Shown here: piece after piece, positions 19,279-28,287 of the stretch
Position numbering within the stretch: position 1 is the first letter of the stretch
Layout of the letters: every line of letters begins with the position of its first letter
Sequence record: NZ_CP027239.1
Strand: one strand, 5' to 3'
Length of the DNA stretch: 64,000 nucleotides
From: a plasmid
The notes under the pieces: model-generated
The model's database searches: none
What the model saw: only the letters and a program-made list of their open reading frames with translations
What the model was told of the DNA's origin: nothing
Position numbers and translations under genes: made by a program

Positions 19279-19950
19279 CTAGTGGCCCGGTCTTGCGGCC
19301 TCCAGCCGCTGTGAAAACGCCGCGCGTTGCTCCGGGCTGAGGGGGACGTCCCGACCAGCAAGCCAGCGGCGGTACAGCTGCTCTTCGGCGTCGGAACGGT
19401 CGTGGGTCATCTCGGCATCTAGGTACGGGCCCAGTGCAAGTTCCAGGATCGGCGGCAGCGAGTGATCTGCGTGGACGTTTCGCTCGAGCAAGCCAGTGAC
19501 CCAATGGCCCACGATTGTCGAGACCACGCCGGTGTGCCGAATGTAGGCGCCGTGCAGCTCGGGATCCGCCAGGACCGCGTTGTTGGCGGACTGAAACTGG
19601 CGATCCAACTCGCGAAGGCTGGCGACCATCTGGGCGATCTCGTTGTTGGAGACCAGGAACTTTCCCTCGTCGAGAGACATGCGTGGCACGTTCTCTTTCG
19701 TTGGGGATGCAGGCAGGGGGACGGGGTCTCCGCCATTGAGGACGGCTCGGGCTGAGCCGGGAGCCCAGCGCAGCGCCGTGTCGAGCTTGTCGAGGGTTGA
19801 CGAGCGCAGTGCCGGCCCAGTGCCGTTTTCAATCGCCCGAGTGCGGGTATCCGACGGTCCACCCTGCTGGTGAACCTGGGTGTATGAAAGGCCCAAAGCG
19901 AGACGGCGGGCGGCGACATGCTCGCCTAACCGGCGCTGTTCATCGGACAT
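19279..19950 (-). CDS. XRE-family helix-turn-helix transcriptional regulator (223 aa)
   Basis: N-terminal HTH LGEHVAARRLALGLSYTQVHQQ. Upstream and co-oriented with the ImmA-like peptidase, now separated from it by the IS. Confidence 0.6.
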   Translation of the reverse strand: MSDEQRRLGEHVAARRLALGLSYTQVHQQGGPSDTRTRAIENGTGPALRSSTLDKLDTALRWAPGSARAVLNGGDPVPLPASPTKENVPRMSLDEGKFLVSNNEIAQMVASLRELDRQFQSANNAVLADPELHGAYIRHTGVVSTIVGHWVTGLLERNVHADHSLPPILELALGPYLDAEMTHDRSDAEEQLYRRWLAGRDVPLSPEQRAAFSQRLEAARPGH

Positions 19951-20106
19951 ATGGACAGATTAGCGACCACTGTCGCGTTGACCTATCAACGACCAGGCAG
20001 GCCGGGCAGCCAGTCGCCAACTGCTGCACTCGGCACACCAGGTGGGAGCGTGTGGCCAGCGCGGCAACCGCAGCGCTCTACAGACGCAGGAAAGGAACCC
20101 ACTGTC

Positions 20107-20463
20107 ATGGCCATCACCGCTGCAATGCTGCTCGGCAAGGAGCACGCCCGGCATCTCGCAGCCGCCCTCCCGGGACGGTTCACCGGAAGACTGATCGACA
20201 TCGGCGAGGACCGCGGAGTACGCGTCTCCCACAAGGACGACGGAAAGACCACTGGCTTCTGGGAGGCAGTGGCGGTCACCTCTTCCACGACGTGGGTGTG
20301 GTGGATGCCCAACCAGGACGTTCGTCGCGAGCGAGGCTCTGGCACCCTGCTCGCATCAGTCGATGCGCCCCTGCACTACCCGACGGAGTGGGCGGCGCGG
20401 GTTGCTGCAGCGATCAGCGAAGCCGGCCATCAGCGGGACGCGCATTGGATGAGTCCCCTGTGA
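20107..20463 (+). CDS. hypothetical protein (118 aa)
   Basis: ATG 20107 after AGGAAAGGAA. The longer ORF 19951..20463 has no RBS. Confidence 0.4.
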   Translation: MAITAAMLLGKEHARHLAAALPGRFTGRLIDIGEDRGVRVSHKDDGKTTGFWEAVAVTSSTTWVWWMPNQDVRRERGSGTLLASVDAPLHYPTEWAARVAAAISEAGHQRDAHWMSPL

Positions 20464-20550
20464 GCTCGGCACGTGGTGGCGCGACACTGTTAGCCACACC
20501 GCCGACCCAGCTGTTTGGCGGATCCGTCGACCGCCGGCAGGAGGACGCAG

Positions 20551-21200
20551 TGAAGGATGCAGCCACCAGTGCGGGCCTTTTCATCCCCGGCGCTCCTGAC
20601 ATCGTGCACCCCCTCGGGTCGCTGGAGTTCGTCATGCTTCCCGCCACGGGCAGGTACGTGCCCAGCTCGCGGTGGCGGCCGACGGTGATGCTCGACGGCC
20701 AGGACTATCGGTGCGCGATCGTGGCTCCGGACGGGCGGATTGCGGCGACGGCCGTAGGTTCTGGGCACGACTTGCCGTGGGTGGAGCTCAAACCCGCCGG
20801 CGCGGAGTTCGCTGCGGAGTGCGCGCGCATGCCGGCGATCGGGTCGTGCGTGCCCGGAGCGGAGTTGGAGACGGTGGTACAGCATCTGGTGGCCGAAGAG
20901 CTGCTGTCGGACTGGTGCCTCCGTCGGTCGGTCGATGCGTTGGTGTGGGCCGGCGTGGAGGGGGCCGAGCGGGGCCAGTGGTATGCCGAGCCGGCGTTGT
21001 CTTCGTGGGTCGCCGGTGATGTCGCAGTGCTGTGCGATAGTCGCGCTGATGCGGCGTGGGTGTGGCGTGAGGGCACCCGCGTCCCGGCTTGGCAGGGGGA
21101 CGAGAGATTGAGCCATGCCGGCAGGGTCGATAGTCGAGCGTGGCCTTCCGTTTCGGGGAGTCCGATTGAAGGCGAGCTGTTCCCGGTTCGGGGGTCATGA
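20551..21200 (+). CDS. hypothetical protein (216 aa)
   Basis: GTG 20551 after AGGAGGA. It is the coding-looking 3' part of the artificial 467-aa ORF 19797..21200. Confidence 0.4.
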
Positions 21201-21270
21201 TGGACGCACCGAATCAATCTGGGGGCCGTACTGTGAGAATCGCGGGGGATGCAAAGGTGCGAGGTGACTG

Positions 21271-22056
21271 ATGGCGACGCAGAGGGAGACCCTCGGCGCA
21301 TTTCTGCGTGACCTTCGGGAGCGAACTGATCGAAGTCATCTGCCTCTACGGATGGCAACGAAGTCTCGCCGCAGGAAGGGCATGTCACGTGACGAGGTGG
21401 CGGCGTTGGCGCAGTGCTCGTCGTCGTACATCGAGAAGATCGAGCGCGACGTCGCCACCAATGTTTCCACGGAGATCGTGCTGGCCTTGGCTCATGCCGT
21501 TGGGGCGTCGGAGCATCACGTCTCTCATGCGTTGACCTTGGCGGGAGGAGAGCCGTGGGGTCTGGCTGGCGCGTTGGAGGACCCGGCCATCACTCCGGAG
21601 CAACGCACGTATGTCGACTCGCTGGCACCCCATCTGGCGGGTTATGTCGACCTCGCCTGGAATGTTCTTTATGCCAATAGTGAGTACCGCCGGGTGTTTC
21701 GGGGAATCAAAGAGTATGGGAATGTGCTTTTTTGGCTCCTGGAATGCCCTGATGCGAAAAACATCATGTTGGATTGGTATGAAGAGACCCATTTAACAGT
21801 CACGTGGGCGCGTTCTCTGTCGGCTTTGCAGTCCGTGCGCGAAGAATACGACCGTGTATTCGGGAGGCTCGATCACATTCCCGAGTTTCGGGAGATGTAT
21901 TACGGCGCCGATCCGACTTTGGGGCGAGAAGACCCGGCACAGCGGATCTGCGATCCTGATGACGGATCGAAGTTCCGGCTGGACGTGAACTTGTGGAGCC
22001 CCCCGGCCGCTACTGCGGGCTGGCAAATGTATCTCGGTGTGCGGGTGCCGAATTAG
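21271..22056 (+). CDS. XRE-family regulator with MmyB-like C-terminal ligand-binding domain
   Basis: HTH GMSRDEVAALAQCSSSYIEKIERD followed by about 180 aa with the layout of MmyB-type regulators. Local GC is lower than the window average. Confidence 0.55.
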   Translation: MATQRETLGAFLRDLRERTDRSHLPLRMATKSRRRKGMSRDEVAALAQCSSSYIEKIERDVATNVSTEIVLALAHAVGASEHHVSHALTLAGGEPWGLAGALEDPAITPEQRTYVDSLAPHLAGYVDLAWNVLYANSEYRRVFRGIKEYGNVLFWLLECPDAKNIMLDWYEETHLTVTWARSLSALQSVREEYDRVFGRLDHIPEFREMYYGADPTLGREDPAQRICDPDDGSKFRLDVNLWSPPAATAGWQMYLGVRVPN

Positions 22057-22829
22057 CCGTTGCTGCAGGAGTCGAGAAACGCGGAGATCGCCGTGTTGAC
22101 GACGTGGGGGTGAGTCACGTGCGGAGTGTGAGCCGCGCCCGGCACCGTGACCGCGGCCGTCAGCGCCGGCAGCTGGTCGATCAGGGACTGGGCACGCTCA
22201 GCGCTGATGGCCTGATCGCCTGAGCCGCGAACCAGGAGCGCCGGGCAGGTGATCTCTCCCAGCCGCGACGTGATGTCGTCGCGATTGAGCAGGCAGTCGC
22301 CTGCCGGGGCGACCGGGATGCCGTGGCGTTGCTGCCACACGGCGGACCAGGACGCTGCGACCTGCGGGTCTCCGATGATCTGCTCGGCGAGTGGGCCGGT
22401 CAGCTCGGGCGTGGGCCCCTGGGAGTCCCATGTGGCGAACAGCTCGCGGTAGGACTGCTGCTCGAGCTCGGGGGAGGGTCCGGCCTCGCTGGCAATCAGG
22501 ATGAGCCCGGAGACTCGGTCGGGGTGGGCCAGCGCCATGCGCAGGCCGATGAACCCGCCCTGCGAGTGCCCGACGATGGTTGCTGCGTCGACCCCTTCGG
22601 CGTCCATCACGGCGATCACGTCGTCGGCCTGGTCCCAGAAGCTGTAGGGGGTCGCCCCGTGAGGGGTGTCGCCGTGGCCGCGGGAGTCGATCCGGATCAC
22701 GGTGTGGGTCTTGGAGAAGAGGGCGGCTTGGTTGTCGAATAGGGCGGTCGACATGAAGAAGCCGTGGAGCATTACTAGGGCCGGACCTTGCCCTTCAACG
22801 ACGTAATTCACATTGGTTGACGAATCCAT
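22053..22829 (-). CDS. alpha/beta-fold hydrolase
   Basis: Oxyanion-hole HGF. Nucleophile elbow GHSQGG. C-terminal His. Convergent with the regulator, with a 4-nt overlap. Confidence 0.8.
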   Translation of the reverse strand: MDSSTNVNYVVEGQGPALVMLHGFFMSTALFDNQAALFSKTHTVIRIDSRGHGDTPHGATPYSFWDQADDVIAVMDAEGVDAATIVGHSQGGFIGLRMALAHPDRVSGLILIASEAGPSPELEQQSYRELFATWDSQGPTPELTGPLAEQIIGDPQVAASWSAVWQQRHGIPVAPAGDCLLNRDDITSRLGEITCPALLVRGSGDQAISAERAQSLIDQLPALTAAVTVPGAAHTPHVTHPHVVNTAISAFLDSCSNG

Positions 22830-22872
22830 AAAAAGCCTTTCTCGAAAAGCGGATAGCAGGAGAAACTAAAAC

Positions 22873-22906
22873 ACACATTGCCAGTGCGTGCAATGAAAAT
22901 GTGTGT
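22873..22906. promoter_or_regulatory. nested palindrome in an AT-rich promoter region (candidate operator)
   Basis: CACACATT-gcc-agtgcgtg-CAATG-aaa-AATGTGTG. Outer arms CACACATT/AATGTGTG and inner CATTG/CAATG are exact reverse complements. Sits in a 160-bp AT-rich stretch 45-80 bp upstream of the hydrolase start. Confidence 0.4.
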
Positions 22907-23603
22907 GGTGCGCATTTGAAGCTACAGATGTAATCTGATCGCGCGGTACTCGGACGTTTTCGCTGCGAAGATCGCTCCGGCTCACAATGACTTACGAGCC
23001 CATCGGATACTAACTGCATTGGGGAAGTTGGCCCTCACCTCCGCCCGGGTGAGGGCCAACCCTATTCCCCGGAACACCGAAGGCGATAGGCCTCGGCGCT
23101 GCGGAGCCCGGACCCCGCACCGAGGAACCCCACGACAGATCTCCGCTAGGCACACGCCCCCAACCGGGGCCGCATGTACGCGCGGTCGACCAGTACCGAC
23201 ACCCGGGTCCGATCCATCACCACCGTGATCGGTACGCGCCCAGACCTGCCCTCCCCGGCCCCGAGCCCACAGTCGGTGCGAACCCAGACTGCGGTCGCCT
23301 CTCCAGAGGCCCTCGCGCGACCTGCACCCCGCCAGCCGCCCACCACCGAGCCCCGATCGGCCAGACACCAAACTCGCGGAACAGCCCGACGGTGTCGGCG
23401 CCGGCAGCCACTGAAACCGGCCCGGGGCTCGTCTACACTCGGCCGCACGGCTCATCGAGCCTTCCCGCACGGGTTCCCAGGGGTGGGTTCCATGCGCGGG
23501 AGTAGAGCGCCCCACCGCACAGGCTGGGGCGCTCTACGTTTCGATCGGGGCGACACGAGGCACCCTTACCCTCATCGTCAGACACTCACGACGGAGGAAC
23601 CCC

Positions 23604-24284
23604 GTGGCCACGACCGCCCCACCTCGCAGAACTCTCGACGACGCCGTCGACCGGGGCCTTTTGTTCGCGCACGAGCACCAGCTGCACTTCGTATCGCTGG
23701 TCGGCGCCACACCCCGGTGGCGACTCATCCCCACGCTGGGGACCTCCCAGTTCGAGGGACGCCGCAGCTTGGACTGCGACACCCAGATCATCGGAGTGGT
23801 CAAAGCCGGCACCTGGGAATGGGCGTGGGCATCACCGAACGTCACTCGTGGCCGCCAGATCCAGGCCGAGGCCGCGTACCGCTTCGGCCAGGCCCGCAAC
23901 ATGCCGGTGTTCACCACCCCGCGATTGGAGCTCGAAGCCGGAGACGCCCGGCGGCTCGTCATCGGCGCATCGTCGATCCACCGGTGGTGGACGTCGTTCG
24001 CGTTCGGGGTGGACGGCATGGTCATGCACGGGGCGCTACGTCACCCCGCCCTCGAACTGCCCGACCCGACACCGGCGACCGTCCGACAGACCCTCGACCC
24101 GAGCCACTGGACCACTGCGCCTCACAACGCACGACGCGCAATCCGTTCGTACGCCACGTTGAGGAAACTGACCCGCCAGGAGCGCCGCGACCGCACGGCG
24201 ATGCGATTGAGCTGGGCCAATCAGTGGCAAGTCACCGCCCACTTCACCGCAGACGGCGCCCTGGAAGGTGTTACCGGCGACTAG
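23604..24284 (+). CDS. hypothetical protein (226 aa)
   Basis: GTG 23604 after GGAGGAA. Coding-like composition. ORF 23174..24307 is in a different frame and is probably spurious. Confidence 0.45.
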   Translation: MATTAPPRRTLDDAVDRGLLFAHEHQLHFVSLVGATPRWRLIPTLGTSQFEGRRSLDCDTQIIGVVKAGTWEWAWASPNVTRGRQIQAEAAYRFGQARNMPVFTTPRLELEAGDARRLVIGASSIHRWWTSFAFGVDGMVMHGALRHPALELPDPTPATVRQTLDPSHWTTAPHNARRAIRSYATLRKLTRQERRDRTAMRLSWANQWQVTAHFTADGALEGVTGD

Positions 24285-24404
24285 TCGGAAAGCCGTCGAT
24301 GCTCTAGCCACACACGCGTCGAGCAGGCATGCTGGTGTGCAGACCGGCGCTCCCCAGCGAAGCCAAGCAGGGCGCGCATCCGGCCAGCGCCCCGGAGGGC
24401 CTCC

Positions 24405-24695
24405 ATGCCAATCCGTATCTCCCTCGCCGACAACTCCCTCGCCGGCGACAGTGACGACCACTTCATCGCCACCGGACACATCCGTACTGCACTGCGGCAC
24501 CCCGACGGCGCGGTGGTGGTGTTCCACGACGGCACCGTCACCGCTGGCTCCTGGTCCGCGGTGTGCCGCGCATACCCGCAGCCGATGCGCCGTGTCTTCG
24601 CACGTCGGGAGCTGGACATGCTCGTGGACGCGGTAGGCATTGTCGCAACCGCCAAGCTGGCCAACACCCAGATCGTTGACTGGGTGATCGCCTAA
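24405..24695 (+). CDS. hypothetical protein (96 aa)
   Basis: GGAGGG RBS before ATG 24405. Confidence 0.4.
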   Translation: MPIRISLADNSLAGDSDDHFIATGHIRTALRHPDGAVVVFHDGTVTAGSWSAVCRAYPQPMRRVFARRELDMLVDAVGIVATAKLANTQIVDWVIA

Positions 24696-25027
24696 ATCGC
24701 CTGGACCGACGTCACCTCGGCGCCTGTCGTGTTCGCGCCCAGCAGGGCCGTGTCGCTGCCGGTGGCGTACATCTCGACGATGTCGGCACTGAACTTCTCG
24801 ATGAGCTCGCCGGAGAGCTCCTCGCAGAACGGCACCACCACATCCCGGCCGAAACGGCAGACCCGGCCGATGTCGGGCACGGGAGCCCCACACTGGCGGG
24901 CCCACACATACGCGGCCGTAGCCACGCGCCTGGACTCAGCGAACCCACCGGGCCCGGAAACCGTCACCAGCAGTGTCGTTGCCTCCCCGACCTGGGTCGG
25001 GCGCGCCCACCGGGGAAGCCCGGTCAC
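24692..25027 (-). CDS. hypothetical protein translationally coupled to the AAA+ ATPase (111 aa)
   Basis: GTGA start/stop overlap with the AAA+ gene (25024-25027). Confidence 0.5.
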   Translation of the reverse strand: MTGLPRWARPTQVGEATTLLVTVSGPGGFAESRRVATAAYVWARQCGAPVPDIGRVCRFGRDVVVPFCEELSGELIEKFSADIVEMYATGSDTALLGANTTGAEVTSVQAI

Positions 25028-26304
25028 TGCAGCTCCTGCTGCACCAGTGGCCCGACGGGCGAGCCGAACACCTCGACCAGGACGTCGAGCACCTCAGGCT
25101 GGTGCTGCGGCTCCGGGCACGCAGCGAACAGCATCGACGCCGCGACTTGGACGCCCATCCCCATGTCGAGAGCCTTCTGCGACTTGAGCAGATGGTCAGT
25201 TTGGGGCGCCCACCCTGGCCGGCGCCCGGACTGGCCCGCCACCGCGGCCCGCGCAGCCAGCAGCCGGCCCACGCGGACCAGGCGGGCATCGACACCCAGT
25301 TCGGCCACGAGGCCGTAGTCAGTGGTGGCTTCGAGCTGCAGAGGAAAGCGGCGCAGAATTGCCGCATCGAGGGGCCGCACACCGACCCCGGTCTGGTTGT
25401 AGGTGACGACGATGTGGAATCCGTCGGCGGCGTGCAGCACCGGCTCGTCGGGCAGTGCGTCGATGACGAGCATCCGACGGTCGTCGGCGGGGCCCATGAG
25501 CACGTTGATCGTGTCGGATGGCGCTCGAGTCAGATCGTCGATCAGCAGCACCTTGCCCTGACGCATGGCCTCGGCCAGTGGGCCGTACGCGAACCGGTAC
25601 CCGGGACCGTCTTCGCGCGGGATCCACTTACCGACCAGGTCATCGACGGCCAGGTCGCCGTGCCCTTCGACGACAATCAGGTCTTCTCCGAACGCCGCCT
25701 CGGCGAGCATGGTCTTGCCGTTGCCCGACGCGCCCACGATGCGGGTGAACAGGGAGCCACGCGCCTGGCGCAGGATCTGCACATCGGTAGTGTCGCCGAC
25801 CGGCCGGGGACGGTAGACGCGCCCGTCGCGCAGTGGCACCGACTCCAGCGGGCCGGCGAAGCTGGCGGGTGTGGACGAGGGGGAGGGCTGGACCGGTTCG
25901 GGATCCGGTGTCGCCTCTAATTCCGGCACCGCGAGGGCCGCCTGAACACTGCCTTCCAGGTCACCGAGCATCGACGCGGCCGGGGGCGATCCCTCCAGCA
26001 GCTGCACCAACTGCTCGTGCGTGGGTCCTTCATCGTCGACCTGCAGGTAGGCCACATCGGCGAACGCCCGCGCGGGCGCCGCCTCGGTGAACGCCTCCCC
26101 GGCCTCTTTGCTCAGCAGGGACGCATCCGCCGAGAGCATCAGCCCCGACTGCCCTCGGTAAGCGGCCACCAGTTGCGGGCCGGCCTCCGGGTCACACCAC
26201 AGCAGCATCGCATCGGGCTGGCCTGCGCCGCGGGGCGCCTTGCCCCTACGTCTCCACCAGGCGACGGGCAGCGTGGTGGTCAGGGCAGTGGCAGTCGAGG
26301 TCAT
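25024..26304 (-). CDS. MoxR-like AAA+ ATPase (AAA_5 type), module 1
   Basis: Walker A GASGNGKT. Walker B VLLIDDL. Sensor-1 IVVTYNQ. Arg finger RRF. ATG 26304 with a GAAGGA RBS. The upstream part of ORF 25024..27135 has no support. Paralogue of 57516..58748. Confidence 0.8.
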   Translation of the reverse strand: MTSTATALTTTLPVAWWRRRGKAPRGAGQPDAMLLWCDPEAGPQLVAAYRGQSGLMLSADASLLSKEAGEAFTEAAPARAFADVAYLQVDDEGPTHEQLVQLLEGSPPAASMLGDLEGSVQAALAVPELEATPDPEPVQPSPSSTPASFAGPLESVPLRDGRVYRPRPVGDTTDVQILRQARGSLFTRIVGASGNGKTMLAEAAFGEDLIVVEGHGDLAVDDLVGKWIPREDGPGYRFAYGPLAEAMRQGKVLLIDDLTRAPSDTINVLMGPADDRRMLVIDALPDEPVLHAADGFHIVVTYNQTGVGVRPLDAAILRRFPLQLEATTDYGLVAELGVDARLVRVGRLLAARAAVAGQSGRRPGWAPQTDHLLKSQKALDMGMGVQVAASMLFAACPEPQHQPEVLDVLVEVFGSPVGPLVQQELQ

Positions 26305-26475
26305 GGGCGGGGATCCTTCATCGTGTCGGAGTGCGCGGCTAGGGTGTGGCGCCCAGTATGCGGGGCCACTGTGGCGGTGTGGCACCACAGCGGCACGGGC
26401 GCAGGGCACCATCACTGGCACCGCAAACCGCCTACCCCTGGAGCTGTTTCCCCGTGATCTCCTCGCGCCCACTCG

Positions 26476-27251
26476 TGACCTACCCACTACGGGAGGCGTC
26501 TGTCGTCGAACAGGACTCCGCCACCGCGGTCGCGGAACGCTTGGACCGGGCCGCCGACCGCGGAATGGACGAAGCCACCGTCGCCTACCCAGTCCCGCCC
26601 GGGCGGGTCGACATGAGCCAGGCGATGCAGTCCGATGCGCAGGCCTACCTCGGGCTGCCGAGTTCGGCGACCCCGTTCCGTAGAAGACAGCGACGCATCC
26701 TGCGGCGCCCCGCCCAGCGGGTCGGCATCGCCATCGACCATTCGCCCTCGATGCACGACGTCCTGGACGCGGCCGTCGCTGCGGCGTGGGTAGTGGAGGT
26801 GGCCGCCTCGCGCGCCCGGCAGGCACGCAGCACCGTTGCACTGTCGACGTTCGACACCACGGCCCACCTGGTCGAGTCGGGCTCGACCACGCACGTACCG
26901 GTGCTTTCGACCGCCGCTCCCGGCGCCGGGAACCACTCCTCAGCGCTGCCGGAGTCGCTCGAGCTGCTGCGGGGGCAGCTGGAGCTGGACCACTTCCCTG
27001 ACGACTCCCGGCTGGTCGTGGTGATCTCTGACAGCGTGCTGGCAGAGCCGGAGCGGGTCGCCCACGCGATCGACGATCTGCACGCAAGTGGCGTGCGGGT
27101 GCTGTGGATCTCGATCGACGAAGACGTCCCCGCATACCTCCCGGCCGCGACGGCCACTCTCACCGCGACCAAGGAGACGCTGATGCGGGCCTTGCCCGAC
27201 GCGGTCACCCAGGCACTGAGCGACACCGAGAACCCGGAGGGATACCAATGA
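26476..27251 (+). CDS. vWA (von Willebrand factor A) domain protein, module 1
   Basis: MIDAS DxSxS motif GIAIDHSPSM. Downstream T and D positions (LSTFDT, VVISDS). Divergent from the AAA+ gene. Start uncertain: GTG 26476 or ATG 26564. Confidence 0.55.
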
Positions 27252-28270
27252 CCGCCTGGCAGGACAGCCTTTCGCGTGGCGACAGCATGGTCGCCTGGTC
27301 TCCGGGCCGCGCAGCCCGGCAGGCCGTGGCCTGGCGGTACGCGTTCGCGCACTGGCTGACTTCTGATCAGGCCGCACTGATGCGGTACGTGCCAGAGCAG
27401 CAGCAGGCGCTGAGTTGGTGGGCAGCCACACGCGGTGATGAGCGCGCCGACATCTCCGAAGTGATGCCGGCCTGGCTGTCGACCTTCTACGGGGTGGACA
27501 CCACCGATCTGGAGGTCAGCGCGGACGATTCACTGTCGCTCACGGCCCGCCGCATCGGCAGACTGTGCGCACTGCGCTCGCAACAGATCCGCACCGCCGG
27601 CCCAGTCGTGGTGGACCCCACCTCCCAGGCCGCACTTCTGGCGATGGTCGACACCGACCGATACCGGGGGCCTGACGCCAAGGCCCTAGCCGCACTGCCT
27701 GACACGGGACTGCTGGTGTTCCCTCACCCCATCCTGCGAACCGGGAAGGTGGAAGGCCCGACCCTGCTGGCCGAACCCGCCACCCCATCGCCCCTACGAG
27801 CCATCTGCTGGTCGAGCGAGGCCACAACGCAGGGGCCCGCCATCAGGGTGCTGGACCTGGCCGACATGAGCGGGCAGTGGGGCCGCACCGGCGACGCGGC
27901 GTTCGATGCGCAGGTGCGGCAGCAACTGTCAGCGGCGCATCAGCAACTGCCGCCGCTGATGTTCCACGGGGAGGTGGCCGTAGTTGCCGGCGCGGTTGAC
28001 GGCGCGCAGCAGGCCCAGCGATCCCTGGTCAGTGCCGGCAAGGAGCGGCGGGGCCGGGCGGCCTCACCGTGGTCACCCCAGACTGTTCTGGTCGACGAGG
28101 ACGGGCTCCTGGCGTCGCGGGTGCTCAGTGTCTTCGCCCATGCGGTTACTGCGCCACTACTGGAAGGCAGTGAGAAGACTGTGCCCACGCCCGGTTCCGC
28201 GCGCGATTCGGGGGCGGGCAGCCTGACCGCAGTGAAGGTCTACAACCGGCCTGGGGGATCTGCGCCGTAG
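27248..28270 (+). CDS. hypothetical protein coupled to the vWA gene (340 aa)
   Basis: ATGA overlap with the vWA stop. GGAGGG RBS. Trp-rich N-terminus. No recognisable domain. Confidence 0.55.
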   Translation: MTAWQDSLSRGDSMVAWSPGRAARQAVAWRYAFAHWLTSDQAALMRYVPEQQQALSWWAATRGDERADISEVMPAWLSTFYGVDTTDLEVSADDSLSLTARRIGRLCALRSQQIRTAGPVVVDPTSQAALLAMVDTDRYRGPDAKALAALPDTGLLVFPHPILRTGKVEGPTLLAEPATPSPLRAICWSSEATTQGPAIRVLDLADMSGQWGRTGDAAFDAQVRQQLSAAHQQLPPLMFHGEVAVVAGAVDGAQQAQRSLVSAGKERRGRAASPWSPQTVLVDEDGLLASRVLSVFAHAVTAPLLEGSEKTVPTPGSARDSGAGSLTAVKVYNRPGGSAP

Positions 28271-28287
28271 TCGCCCCGGCGGCCCGC

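Noticed and set aside
19797-21200. 467-aa plus-strand ORF 19797..21200 as a single gene
   Set aside because: Its 5' third is antisense to the XRE regulator gene and has no RBS. Only the 3' part (from GTG 20551 with AGGAGGA) looks coding, so it was split into smaller calls.
23174-24307. 377-aa ORF 23174..24307
   Set aside because: Arg/Pro-rich translation typical of an off-frame read in high-GC DNA. The in-phase alternative 23604..24284 has an RBS and a plausible protein composition.
25024-27135. Full 703-aa extent of minus ORF 25024..27135
   Set aside because: Only the C-terminal 426 aa (from ATG 26304 with a GAAGGA RBS) carries the AAA+ motifs. The upstream 277 codons are Arg/Pro/Ser shadow sequence overlapping the divergent vWA gene.
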